From contig OX597837.1 of assembly GCA_951406725.2 (NCBI GenBank), forward strand, positions 7,750,001 through 7,814,000: a stretch of 64,000 bases of DNA, in the 5' to 3' direction. The notes under the pieces are model-generated. The model was not told the origin of the DNA, ran no database searches, and saw only the letters and a program-made list of their open reading frames with translations. This DNA comes from Octopus vulgaris (taxonomy: Eukaryota). Of the stretch, positions 14,081-25,081 are shown one piece after another; positions within the stretch are counted from its first letter, which is position 1; each line of letters opens with the position of its first letter. The translations under genes and the position numbers were made by a program.

Positions 14081-14490
14081 TAACAGAATCAGTAGAACAT
14101 AACATTAAATAAAATATCTCTAAAAGCACATTGAGCGTGATCATTGCTAGGACCACGGATTGGCCCCCGTGCCGGTGGCACATGAAAAGCACCATTCAAG
14201 CGAGATCGTTGCCAGAGTCGTCCAACTGGCACATGTGCCAGTTGCATGTGAAAAACAACATTTGAGTGTGGTCGTTGCCAGTGCCGCCGGACTGGCTCCT
14301 GTGCAGGTAGCACATAAAAAAACACCTTTTGAGCGTGGTTGTTGCCAGAACCGCCTGACTGGCCCTTGTGCCGGTGTCACGTAAAAAGCACCCACTACAC
14401 TCTCGGAGTGGTCGGCATTAGGAAGGGCATCCAGCTGTAGAAACTCTGCCAGATCAGACTGGAGCCTGGTGCAGCCTTCTGGCTCACCAC
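14081..14490 (+). mobile_element. RTE 3'-UTR fragment with internal tandem repeats
   Basis: Same family as 8925-9378, 25975-26225 and 48525-48900 (minus strand). Confidence 0.75.
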
Positions 14491-14925
14491 TACCACTACT
14501 ATTTCTACTACCACCACTACCACAACTAAAACTTGTTACCACCACTACTACTTGAACTGATGCTACAACTTCAACTACTACCACTACTACTTCATCTGCT
14601 ACTACAACATCTACTACCACCACTAACACCACTACTTATACTGCTACCACAATTTCTGTTACCACCACTACCACTTGAACTGCTACAACTTCAACTACCA
14701 CCACCACCACCACTACAACATACAACCACTTACAACTGCTGTTTCTGTTGTGACTACTACTACTACTACTACTACAACCAACACTACCACAACTACACTA
14801 CAACCAACACTACCACTACTACTACAACCACCACCACCACCACTACTACAACCACCAAGTATTACTACCACCACCACCACTTACTACCACCACCACTACT
14901 ACTACTACCACTACTACTACTACTC
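14487..14925. repeat. (CCA/CTA/CAA)n low-complexity tract
   Basis: Trinucleotide repeats giving poly-T/P/H/L ORFs. Confidence 0.9.
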
Positions 14926-15619
14926 AAAAATGTTCTTTTTCTTGTTGTTAGTGTTTTTGCTCTTGTTCCCATTCTTGTTGTCATACGAGAAACATAAAAA
15001 AAAAATGTTTTTAAAATTTTGCTTCATTAATCAGTAAAGTTCGTTTGTGATTCGAAAATTTTAAAAGTTGAAGACACTTCAAAAATATTTCTCAAACCTA
15101 GTAATTATTTCCAGAATAACGACTTTCAGAAAACGAAGCTAAAACTTCATCATTTTATTTATTTATTTATCTATTTTACCAAGAACATTTTTTAGTTTTT
15201 TTTTTTTTTTAATTATGCGATTTTTAAAAAAAAATTATTTTATTTTATTTTTCTAAATTTCATGAGATGAAATTTCTTATTTAATTCCTGATTTGTTTCA
15301 TTTTTTAAATTATTTTTCCTAGTTTTTATTTATTTATTTACTTATTTATTTATGTTAATTACTTCCAGTTTTTTTTTTAAAGAATTTTTCAAATATTTAT
15401 TTAAATTTCTTTCAGTAATTTTTAAAGTTTTATTTATCAAATTATTTATTCATTTTACATATTTAATTCTTCTCAATTAACTTAAAAATTTATACACTTT
15501 TATTTTTCGTTCTCATTACAATTTCCTTTTCAATTTAAAAAAAAAAATTGTAAATTTTATATTCAGTATTATTTAAGTTCTTTCATTTGAAATGTTATGT
15601 CCCTTACATTTTTATTATT

Positions 15620-16066
15620 TCTTTTATTCGTTTACATGTCTCAGTCATCTGACTGCAACCATGCTGGAGCACTGCCTTAAAGGGTTTTAGTCGAAGAAAT
15701 CAACCTTGGGACTTATTCTTTGTTTTGTTTGCCGAACCGCTAAGTTACAGGTATTTAAACGCAGTAACATCAGTTGTCAAGTGTGAAGGTAGGGGACAAA
15801 CACAGACACACACATATATATATATGATGGGCTTCTTTCAGTTTCTGCCTCCCAAATTCATTCACAAAGTTTTGGTCAGTCTGAGGGTACAGTAGAAGAC
15901 ACTTGCCTAAGGTGCCACGCAGTGAGACTGAATCCAGGACCAAGTAGTTGGGAAGAAAGCTTCATATATATACTCTTTTACTCTTTCACTTGTTTCAGTC
16001 ATTTGACTGTGGCCATGATGGAGCACCACCTTTAGTTGAGCAAATCAAACCCAGGACTTATTCTCT
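15620..16066 (-). mobile_element. Diverged SINE family A copy plus a 3' fragment
   Basis: Recognisable CATGCTGGAGCAC and CTTCTTTCAGTTTC motifs. Confidence 0.8.
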
Positions 16067-16114
16067 CTCAGTTTTTCTAATCCCTGCAAAAGAACCCAGA
16101 AAATTGAGTCTCCA

Positions 16115-16330
16115 ATTTCGATACCAACCTAGCTGGAACCACCTTTGGCTCTGAGTACAAATGTCTTGTTTTCATAAGTTTTGAATTAAAATCTTCTACC
16201 AAACCTTAGTCAGAATTTATGTTCCTAACACCAGCTTAATAACTAAGTTATTTTACTAAATTCTTTGTGATATTTAAAATCAATTGAAAGAAACACAGAG
16301 CATCTCAAAATAAATACAGCAACGAAAGGG
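16115..16330. mobile_element. TTAA-type (piggyBac-like) MITE, left end truncated
   Basis: Collinear with 16362-16582; ends AACGAAAGGG. Confidence 0.75.
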
Positions 16331-16361
16331 TTATGATATATAATAGAGAAACAATTCTTAA

Positions 16362-16582
16362 CCCTTTTGATACTAACCTGGCTGAAGCTGGCTCTGGCTC
16401 TGAGTACAAGTGTCTTGTTTTCATAAGTTTTGATTGAAAATCTTCTGCCAAAACTTAGTCACAATTTATGTTCCTAACACCAGCTTAATGATAACTAAGT
16501 TATTTTACTAAATTCTTTGTTATATTTAAAATTAATTGAAAGAAACACAGAGCATCTCAAAATAAATACGGTAACGAAAGGG
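16362..16582. mobile_element. TTAA-type (piggyBac-like) MITE, complete
   Basis: TTAA|CCCTTTTGATAC ... GTAACGAAAGGG|TTAA; diverged relatives near 9730-9938 and 34945-35150. Confidence 0.85.
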
Positions 16583-16949
16583 TTAAATGGTGATGATGAT
16601 AAAGTATTCCTTGTATCTGCAGACTATAGCTATGAGCAAAGCAGTTAGATTGGTTAAATTGCAGTTCCAAATTTAGTCCCAATTTGCAAAATCTTTGAAA
16701 ATTATTTTCTGCAATGAATTCTTTGTCTCAGCCAGAAGCATTGCAAAAAGAATTTTGGTCAACAGAATCTAATTGATAGATCATCCATGTTAGTGTTTCT
16801 CAAACCATTTTTTTACCTATTGGCTCTCTTTGATTCCTATTTTGCAAGCATGGAAATGTGGGCCTTAACCCTTTCGTTACCAACCCAGCTGAAACTAGAT
16901 CTGGCTGTGTCGTACAAATGTTTTGTTTTCATAAGTTTTGAATTAAAAT

Positions 16950-17377
16950 ACATTATTTACATTTGACGAATATTTGTCCTCATCTTCTTTGTTGTTAACA
17001 CAGAGTTTCGGCTGATATACCCTCCAGCCTTCATCAGGTGTCTTGGGAAAATTTCGAACCTGGGTTCTCATTCCTAAGGTAATTTTTGATGTTGTTGTTA
17101 TTATTACTATTATTATTATTATTATGGCATAAGGGTTAAGAGCAGAGGTTACTAACCCCAAGGTTCCGAGTTTGATTCCAGGCAGTGACCTGAATAATAA
17201 TAACATAGAAAAATACCTTAGGAATGAGTACCCAGGTTCTAAATTTCTCCAAGACACCTGATGAAGGCTGGAGGGTACATCAGCCAAATCGTTGTGTTAA
17301 CAACAAACAAGATGAGGACAAATATCCATCTAATGTAAATAATGTACAAAATTCCTCATGTCTTAAATATAGAACTG
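16950..17377 (+). mobile_element. tRNA-headed short retroelement with hammerhead motif and inverted partial duplication (Penelope-like architecture)
   Basis: TSD TTGAAT[T/C]AAAAT at 16938-16949 and 17378-17389; inverted arms about 16949-17105 and 17193-17346; tRNA-like A/B boxes 17125-17179; hammerhead-like motifs at 17254-17297 (+) and 16998-17041 (-). Confidence 0.7.
16998..17041 (-). ncRNA. Minimal type I hammerhead ribozyme motif (cleavage triplet mutated)
   Basis: Minus strand ACAC-CUGAUGA-A-GGCUG-loop-CAGCC-GAAAC-UCU-GUGU; the plus-strand arm keeps GUU-GUGU but has AAAUC in place of GAAAC. Confidence 0.6.
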
Positions 17378-17562
17378 TTGAATCAAAATCTTCCACCAAA
17401 CCTTAGCCACAATTTATGTTCCTTACACTAGCTTAATGATAACTAAGTTATTTTACTAAATTCTTTGTAATATTCAAAATTAATTGAAAGAAACACAGAG
17501 GATCTCAAAATAAATACGGTAACGAAAGGGTTAAAGTCAGGAACTTTTTGGCACCCACTCAT

Positions 17563-18485
17563 ATAGCAGTATGGTTAAAAAGTTCACTTACCAACCACGA
17601 GTTTGGGTTCGGTCTCACTGTATGGCGTCTTGGGTAAGCATCTTATATTAGGTTGAGGAAAAAGTTCATGCGCTGTGTTAAAATTGTACTTTTTGTATAT
17701 AATTTTGTGGTGTGTGTTCATTCAGTTCCTATGGCATGTTCAATGGTGACTCACTCTGTTCATTGAAGACACGCTTTGTTTTAACAAGACAATGCAAAGC
17801 CGTATACCGCCAGAAAGACCAGCAACAAAATTGAAGAATTGGACGGTGTGGAAGTTCTGCCGCATCAAGCCTATAGTCCAGACGTTACTCCATCTGACTA
17901 TGGTCTCTTCCGATCACTGCAGCACATTATGGAAGGTCACCGATTTGAGTCATTTGATGAAGTTGAAGAAGCCTGGCAAGAATTTTTTGATTCAAAGCTG
18001 AAGGATTAATACTTTGACCAAATCCGAAACCTAGCAGAATTTTGGCAGAAGGTCACAGAAAATGATCGTCTTTATTTTGAAGAATAGTTGTTGTTTTTGA
18101 ATAAATTCTTGCATAAAACATCATTATTTTAACACGGCGCCTAAACATTTTCCTCAACCTAGTACTATAGCTCCAGGCCTCGTGAGCAGATTCAATAAAC
18201 AACAAACTAAAAGGAGGCTTCTGATAAAGCCCCAGGCTGGCCAAAGCTTTGTGAGTGGATTTGGTAGACAGAAACTGAAAGAAGCTCATTCTGTGCATGT
18301 GTGTGTGTGGGAGATTGTCCCCCACTACTGCTTGGCAACTAGTATTGGTGTGTTTATGTCCCCATAGGCTAGCACTTCGGCCAAAGACAATGATGAAATA
18401 AGTGCCACTGGAGTCAATTCATTCAACTATAAAAATTCAAGGTGGTGCCCCAGCATGGCCACAGTTTGGTGAATGAAGAAAAAGA
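17563..18485 (+). mobile_element. Diverged SINE family A split by a mariner insertion
   Basis: The head runs 17563-17645 (…TTGGGTAAGCATCTT) and resumes after the mariner at CTATAGC (18165), matching the consensus GTCTTC-TA-CTATAGC. Confidence 0.75.
17648..18162 (+). mobile_element. Internally deleted mariner with pseudogenised C-terminal transposase
   Basis: TIRs TTAGGTTGAGGAAAA… / …TTTTCCTCAACCTAG, TA TSD; about 17785-18087 translates QDNAKPYTA…VLPHQAYSPDVTPSDYGLFRSLQH…KD*YFDQIRNLAEFWQKV…, with in-frame stops. Confidence 0.92.
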
Positions 18486-19299
18486 GATGTGTAGGTATGT
18501 GTGCATCTGTACAAGTGTGTCTTCTTGTCTTGGCATCATGTTATAACGGTAAGCGAGTGCCACCGTCACATAGGAATAATAATTCTGAAGGCACAAGAAG
18601 AAATAACGAGATGAGTGAGTTAACGAGAATAACAAAAGATTGGGGGGGGGGGGGTGAGGTAAATATAATGCCAAAAAAAAAAAAATTGGAAGAAAATAAA
18701 ACGGAAAAACCAAGAATATAGAGCAACATTTGAAGTAAAGATGTTAAGAATTACTACAAAGAGACAGAAATAAACACTGTCATTTTTGACAGGTGCTATG
18801 GTAGTTTGTAGATTATAAAGCAATATGAAACGTCTCTATGATTTATTTGAAGGCTTTGTTGTTATGTGAGTGTATGTGAGAGAAGAAAAAGAACGACAAA
18901 AAAAGACAAAAATAAATGATGGATGCTGCCGAATCTTTCACTGGCTGCTGTCGGTATGTCACAGACATGATGTTGGTGACACAGAAATCAGTGTGAAAGA
19001 CAGGTGTCGGGAAGGGGGGTGGGTGGCGAGGGGGACAGGGGTTCAGGGGTGTGATGTCAGCGAGTGTGTCTCTTGCGAATATATTTGCCGCAAATGTATG
19101 TACAGTAGAAGACTCTATAGATCAGTACTGGAAACACACACAAAGAACTGTCTCAATTCAAAGATATATATATATATAACTTATAGAATAAGGGCAAAAA
19201 AAAAATTCTAATGCCAAATATGCCGAAAAACAGATAAAATTGTCAATAACCATTATAATTAATGCGTCTCGAAATAAGCCGATAGAAATTTCTAAAAAA

Positions 19300-19545
19300 A
19301 TCTGTTATTACCGCATTGGTCCCAATTTCAGAGTTAATTCATAAGAATTTTCTCCTCGTCAGCGATAAATACGTAAGACATAAATGAAATACTTACTCAT
19401 ACCCATGGCAAAAGCAAACACTAAGTCCTGAACAGACCTAAGTACCCCAAATATATCCAAAATAGAAAATCTTCAGCACATATCGAGACACGTGTGATTT
19501 GAACTAGAAACTTTCACAGAGTGAGAGAATCCGGAAGTGAACACT
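19300..19545. promoter_or_regulatory. Candidate promoter / first-exon region
   Basis: Non-repetitive sequence with ETS motif CCGGAAGT (19531-19538), E-box CACGTG (19489-19494) and ATTGG/CCAAT (about 19315-19326); on the minus strand GCCATGG is followed directly by donor-like gtatga/gtaagt; a plus-strand donor-like AC|gtaaga lies at 19373. Confidence 0.35.
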
Positions 19546-19546
19546 T

Positions 19547-19593
<47 letters not shown>

Positions 19594-19605
19594 GCACACA
19601 TATAT

Positions 19606-19640
<35 letters not shown>

Positions 19641-20002
19641 TACATACATATATATATATGTATGTGTGAAACTCAGACATTTACAGAAATATACATAAAT
19701 ATATATACAATTTGGACGTCTTTTATTTTCTCTCTTCATCTATTTTTTCTGAAGAAGAGCATAGTCTCAAAATATTAAAAACTTCCTCCATTTTTACGGA
19801 TCATCAACCTGATACACCTTGTCTGTTGCTCTTTCACCCCTTGTCTTTGCATTTTCTTTATTTTTCAACTATACACACACACACACACACATATATATAC
19901 ACACACACACACATACATCTATATACATACACACATATATATATATACACACACATAGTAGAATAAGAAATAGTAAGTCCTTGGTACAGTATAATATATT
20001 TG

Positions 20003-20175
20003 AAAAAATTAATAGAAATAGCTTTCCCGATAATTTTTCCACTTTAATGATTAAATGACTATAAGTTATTAGCTGTTTACAAACTTATGAACATCTAATT
20101 ATTAGATTTACAAATTGTGAATATCTAATTATTAAAGTGGAAAAATTATCAGAAAAACCATTTATATTAATTTTT
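20003..20175. mobile_element. AT-rich fold-back element (MITE-like)
   Basis: Imperfect inverted arms of about 50 bp including GATAATTTTTCCACTTTAAT / ATTAAAGTGGAAAAATTATC. Confidence 0.6.
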
Positions 20176-20190
20176 TAAAACATATACACA

Positions 20191-20754
20191 TTAGGTTGTC
20201 CGGAAAGTTTGTGCCGATTTATAGTAGCTTACCTTTCGACTTATTCTAGAACATGGTTGAATTCATAAAATAGGATTTGACTACACCTCCATTTAGAGCA
20301 CAGTTTAAGCTATCTTTTCGTAGAAGAAGGTTTATGTTCCTATAACCTGTGTTAATTCTGTAACCCTTTAAAATGGAAGATAAAGTTCATTTTCGGCACT
20401 TGATGCTTTGGAAACCAGACAAAAATTGCTGCAGCTCGGATGGGATGTGTTACCCCACCCTCCATATTCACCAGATATTGCTCCTTCGGATTTCCACTTA
20501 TTCAGGTCTCTGCAGAACAGTCTTAATGGTAAAAATTTCAATTCCTTGGATGATGTAAAAAGATACCTTGATGAATTCTTTGCCATGAAACCACCTCAAT
20601 TCTGGGAAGAGGGTATTTTCAAGTTAAAGGAAAGATGGAGACGCATTGTGCAACAAAATGGTTCATATTTGGTTGATTAAAAATGTAATGGGATGTATTT
20701 ATTGACCGTTTTCTTTCCTTTAAAAAATCGTCACGAACTTTCCGGACAACCCAA
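20191..20754 (+). mobile_element. Internally deleted mariner transposon
   Basis: About 30-bp TIRs TTAGGTTGTCCGGAAAGTTTGTGCCGATTT / AAATCGTCACGAACTTTCCGGACAACCCAA; a solo end of the same family lies at 29779-29802. Confidence 0.93.
20373..20680 (+). pseudogene. Mariner transposase remnant (N-terminal 13 aa joined out of frame to the C-terminal ~89 aa)
   Basis: MEDKVHFRHLMLW | …LLQLGWDVLPHPPYSPDIAPSDFHLFRSLQNSL…WEEGIFKLKERWRRIVQQNGSY, containing the YSPDLAP-type mariner motif. Confidence 0.92.
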
Positions 20755-21215
20755 TATTATGCACATTATTGGCGTTAGGAAGGGCATCCAGCCGTAGAAA
20801 CACTGCCAGATCAGACTGGGCCTGATGCAGCCTTCTGGCTTCACAGACCCCAGTTGAACCGTCCAACCCATGCTAGCATTGAAAGCAGACGCTAAATGAT
20901 GATGATGATGATGATTATTGCATTAACATGATCCAACTGTAGCTGTGCACCTGAATGTCTTCAGGTGCGTAGGGTTCAGAGTACTGCCAGATAATCTCAA
21001 GTTTCCCTCAGTTTTATAGCCATGCCATTATACTACTTTTAGTATTCCATTGACTAAGAATAGTACGGGAATACAAAAAGATACAAACGAGAAAAAATAC
21101 CAAAAATAAATTAATAGAAATAAAACAATAGAAATAAAGATATCCATCCTTAACTATGCACTTGTCTTAACTTCTAGGAAAATAAACGAATATTCTCAGA
21201 TAATAATATCATAAA

Positions 21216-21413
21216 ATGATAAATTTGGACAATTACTTGTCTCTTGTGTCTGCTACCATTCCACTTCAAAGAAAATTAGTGAAATATGGTCAGTTTCTTA
21301 GAATGATGGGAGATCAAAACCTGTCTACTTACAGACTTAATTTTGGCTTTGCAGCATCTCTGGTGCTGGGCTTTGTCCTGGTTGCTTTACAAGTCTTTAA
21401 GAGAAGCTATTAA
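21216..21413 (+). CDS. Candidate 65-aa tail-anchored microprotein with BH3-like motif
   Basis: Non-repetitive ORF; upstream acceptor cttgtcttaacttctag| (21177); in-frame TAA at 21204; AAAATG start context; YGQFLRMMGDQ motif; hydrophobic residues 43-61 followed by KRSY. Confidence 0.5.
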   Translation: MINLDNYLSLVSATIPLQRKLVKYGQFLRMMGDQNLSTYRLNFGFAASLVLGFVLVALQVFKRSY

Positions 21414-21579
21414 ATCAAGAAGATTTACCTGCATGCACCCTTGTACATACACATACATTTATTTGACACTAATGTACATCCATATATCTATCTTGACAAA
21501 CAGTCACACTTTTCGCTCTCATGAATATATATCTTTCCATTCTGCTGTACACAAAAGCCTGAAAATACATTTACATATA

Positions 21580-21988
21580 CTCTTTTACTCTTTTACTTGT
21601 TTCAGTCATTTGACTGCGGCCATGCTGGAGCACCGCCTTTAATCGAGCAACTCGACCCCGGGACTTATTCTTTTGTAAGCCCAGTACTTATTCTATCGGT
21701 CTCTTTTGCTGAACCGCTAAGTGACGGGGACGTAAACACACCAGTATCGGTTGTCAAGCAATGCTAGGGGAACAAATACAGACACACAAACACACACATG
21801 CATATATATATATATATATATATACATATATATATGGGCTTCTTTCAGTTTCCGTCTACCAAATCCACTCACAAGGCTTTGGTCAGCCCGAGGCTATAGC
21901 AGAAGACACTTGCCCAAGATGTCACGCAGTGGGACTGAACCCGCAACCATGTGGTTGGTTAGCAAGCTACTTACCACACAGCCACTCC
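21580..21988 (-). mobile_element. SINE family A copy
   Basis: Collinear with the other family A copies. Confidence 0.9.
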
Positions 21989-22159
21989 AATACTTTTTTT
22001 CCATATAATATAATAAATATATTGCTAACCATTTATTTAGAATTTTGATAACAAAAAAAGAATAGATGTAATACTATGGGGTACTTTGGTTTTCGAACAA
22101 CTCTGATCGGGAATAAAACGGTCAACAAAATGAGAAATTCGAACATAAAAAACAAAAAT

Positions 22160-22440
22160 ATAGAAAACAAGCTTTTTTTGAACAACAAATGAAACAGATA
22201 GAGAAACGAGGCAAGCAACAAAGAACATTCCCTTCATCAGTTGTCCCCTGTTTTATCTACGCCGTGTTTCGAAGGTAGGGACAAGACATGACTTCGTTAA
22301 AACAGTCCTTCCTGCAGAGCAAATTAAATAAAATTGGGGATTTTTTGCGGAGGGTTAAAGTGGTAACAAAAACAGGACAGTGAGAACAACACAGTAAAAA
22401 TAAACGGTGAGGGCTGTTAAGCCAGGACGATGTGAAGTGG
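22160..22440 (-). mobile_element. Short element with split hammerhead-like cores
   Basis: Minus strand …TTC-GAAAC-ACGGC-GTA-…-ACAA-CTGATGA-AGGG; related to the tandem pair at 57456-57795. Confidence 0.4.
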
Positions 22441-23039
22441 TGAACACTGGGAAAACGAGCTTTCAGAAGAGACAGGCAAAAGCATGTTTTGTCTCATCAT
22501 CATTTAACGTCCATTTTCCATGCTGGCATGGGTTGGACAGTTTGACAGGAGCTGACAACTTGAAGGGTTGTTCAGGTTCCATGTCTGTTTTGGCATGGTT
22601 TTTACATCTGGTTGCCCTTCCTAATGCCAACCTCTTTACAGAGTGCACTCGGTGCTTTTACACAGCCCAGGTGCTTTTTACATGGCACCAGCACCTATGA
22701 GCCCTCAAAATTAGGGATGCTCAGCTGGAGAGGGTTGCAGGGGACGAACCTGTAAGTAAGAACAGCCATGCTTATACTCAGCTGGTTATCAAATAAATTA
22801 TTGAGCTTTATTTGATAACCAGCTGATCTAGCAAGCGGGACCTCATATCAGTGAGGTGGGGGCCAGTACGCATTGATGCCATCGAGAGGTAGGCCCCGAA
22901 ATGGCGCGCATTCTCTCCTGATGACCCCATGCACTTGCTGGCTTCCGGTATGTGGAGTTTTTGACTGGTAGCACTTGCATGTGCAAGTTGTTTGCAAGAC
23001 ATCAAGTGAAGCAAGCCACCTGGAAAATCTCAGAGCCCT

Positions 23040-23232
23040 ATCATCCCTTCTATGAGTCCCAACATCTGTAGATCCTTTCTTACCACTTCGTCTCGTGTTT
23101 TCCTGCGTCTACCCCTTCTGCGTGTTCTCTCTCAAACCAATTAGAGATCTGCACCTCTTGACGCAACCGTCCTTATTCGTACGCATTACACGGCCATACC
23201 AGTGCAGTTTTCTCTCTTGCATACAACATCCG
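23040..23232 (-). pseudogene. RTE LINE ORF C-terminal remnant
   Basis: Minus strand translates MQERKLHWYGRVMRTNKDGCVKRCRSL … (frameshift) RRGRRRKTRDEVVRKDLQMLGL, resembling RLRWFGHVxR…GRPxxxW; a matching 3' tail lies at 22495-22700. Confidence 0.75.
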
Positions 23233-23883
23233 ATGCTATATATAAATATGAATCGAAAATAATATTTCAACAGCTGTATGTATGTATATATGTATGTATG
23301 TATCTATGTGTGTGTGTGTGTTTGTGTGAAATTTGTTGTGAGACATGTAAAATATACAACCATTTAGATAAATATGAAATTAATATAAACAAATGTATAT
23401 TTATATCTACAACATAATATGTATTATGCATGAGGAAATTAAATGTATGTTTAACGAGTGTGAGAAAAATATCTAAATGGATAAATAGAAATAAATTTGA
23501 ATGAATGTATAATAAATTAGGTTGTGTGTGTGTGTGTGTGTAAATGTATTTGTTCATGCATGTGTATGTGAGTATGAATGCATGTGTGTATATGTGTGTG
23601 TATATATGTATGTATATGTATGTGTATATGTATGTATATGTATATATATGTATGTGTATGTATAAGTATTCATATGTATGTATATATGTATGTATATATG
23701 TATGTATGTATATGTATGTCTATGTATATGTATGTATATGTATATATATATGTATATATATATGTATGTATATGTATGTCTATGTATGTATATGTATATA
23801 TATATATATATGTATATATATGTATATGTATGTATGTATATATATATATATATATATATACACATGTATGTATTTGTATATGA

Positions 23884-23914
<31 letters not shown>

Positions 23915-24392
23915 CATACATTTCTATATGAATATGTATGTATATATATATATATGTATTTATATAAATTTAAGAAATGAATTTGAAATACAAAACTCTG
24001 AATACCAAAATAAAGATATGTATATGCATTAGTGTGTAAATGTATGGGTATATGTATGTGTGTCCACGTATATATGTATATATATATATGTGTGTGTATG
24101 TGTGAGAGAGAGAAAGAGAGAGACTGACAGTGTGTGTGTGTGTGTAAATATGGATAGGCAAACGTTATTATAAAACTCGTCATGAATAAAACTACATATC
24201 AAATAATAGCATATCGATATTAAGCGAAATAAATAATGCTAAAAATAAATAATTCAAAAATAATTATGAAATGAATAATTATAAGAATATATAATTACGA
24301 GATAAACAAACAAGAAATTAAACAGTAAAAGATAAACAAAAGATAATCGAAATAAACAAAACAAAACAAACAACAGTACAAATAATAATACT

Positions 24393-24598
24393 CATTTTAC
24401 TTGTTTCAGTCATTTGACTGTGGCCATGCTGGAGCACCGCCTTTAGTCGAGCAAATCGGCCCTGGGACTTATTGTTTGTAAGACTAGTACTTATTCTCTC
24501 GGTCTCTTTTGCTGAACCGCTACGTTACGGAGATGTAAACTCACCAGCATCAGTTGTCAAGCAATGTTGGGGGGACAAACACAGACACACAAACATAT

Positions 24599-24659
<61 letters not shown>

Positions 24660-24915
24660 TAAGATGGGCTTCTTTCAGTTTCGTGAGTGCAACACCTTAA
24701 CCACTAAGCCATGTGCCTTCACATATATATATGTGTGCATGTATATATACTGTGGCCATGCTGGAGCACCGCCTTTTGTCGAGCAAATCGACCCAAGGAC
24801 TTATTCTTTGTAAGACTAGTACTTATTCTCTCGGTCTCTTTAGCTGAACCGCTAAGTTACGGTGACGTAAACACACCAGCATCGGTTGTCAAGCGATGTT
24901 GTGGGGGACAAACAT
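24393..24915 (-). mobile_element. Two partial SINE family A copies
   Basis: 3' halves at 24393-24682 and 24750-24915. Confidence 0.85.
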
Positions 24916-25043
24916 ATGTACTTCCATAATAACAGCATTATACATGAACGGGCATATCACAATATATATAAAGGCGGTAAGCTGGCAATCATTAGCATGC
25001 CAAGTGAAATGCTTAGTGGTATGATGACGATGATGATTATACA

Positions 25044-25079
<36 letters not shown>

Positions 25080-25081
<2 letters not shown>

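Larger units (their letters stand above)
16869..17530. mobile_element. TTAA-type MITE interrupted by an insertion at 16950-17377
   Basis: TTAA|CCCTTTCGTTACC ... GGTAACGAAAGGG|TTAA (13-bp perfect TIR); removing the insertion restores collinearity with 16362-16582. Confidence 0.88.
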
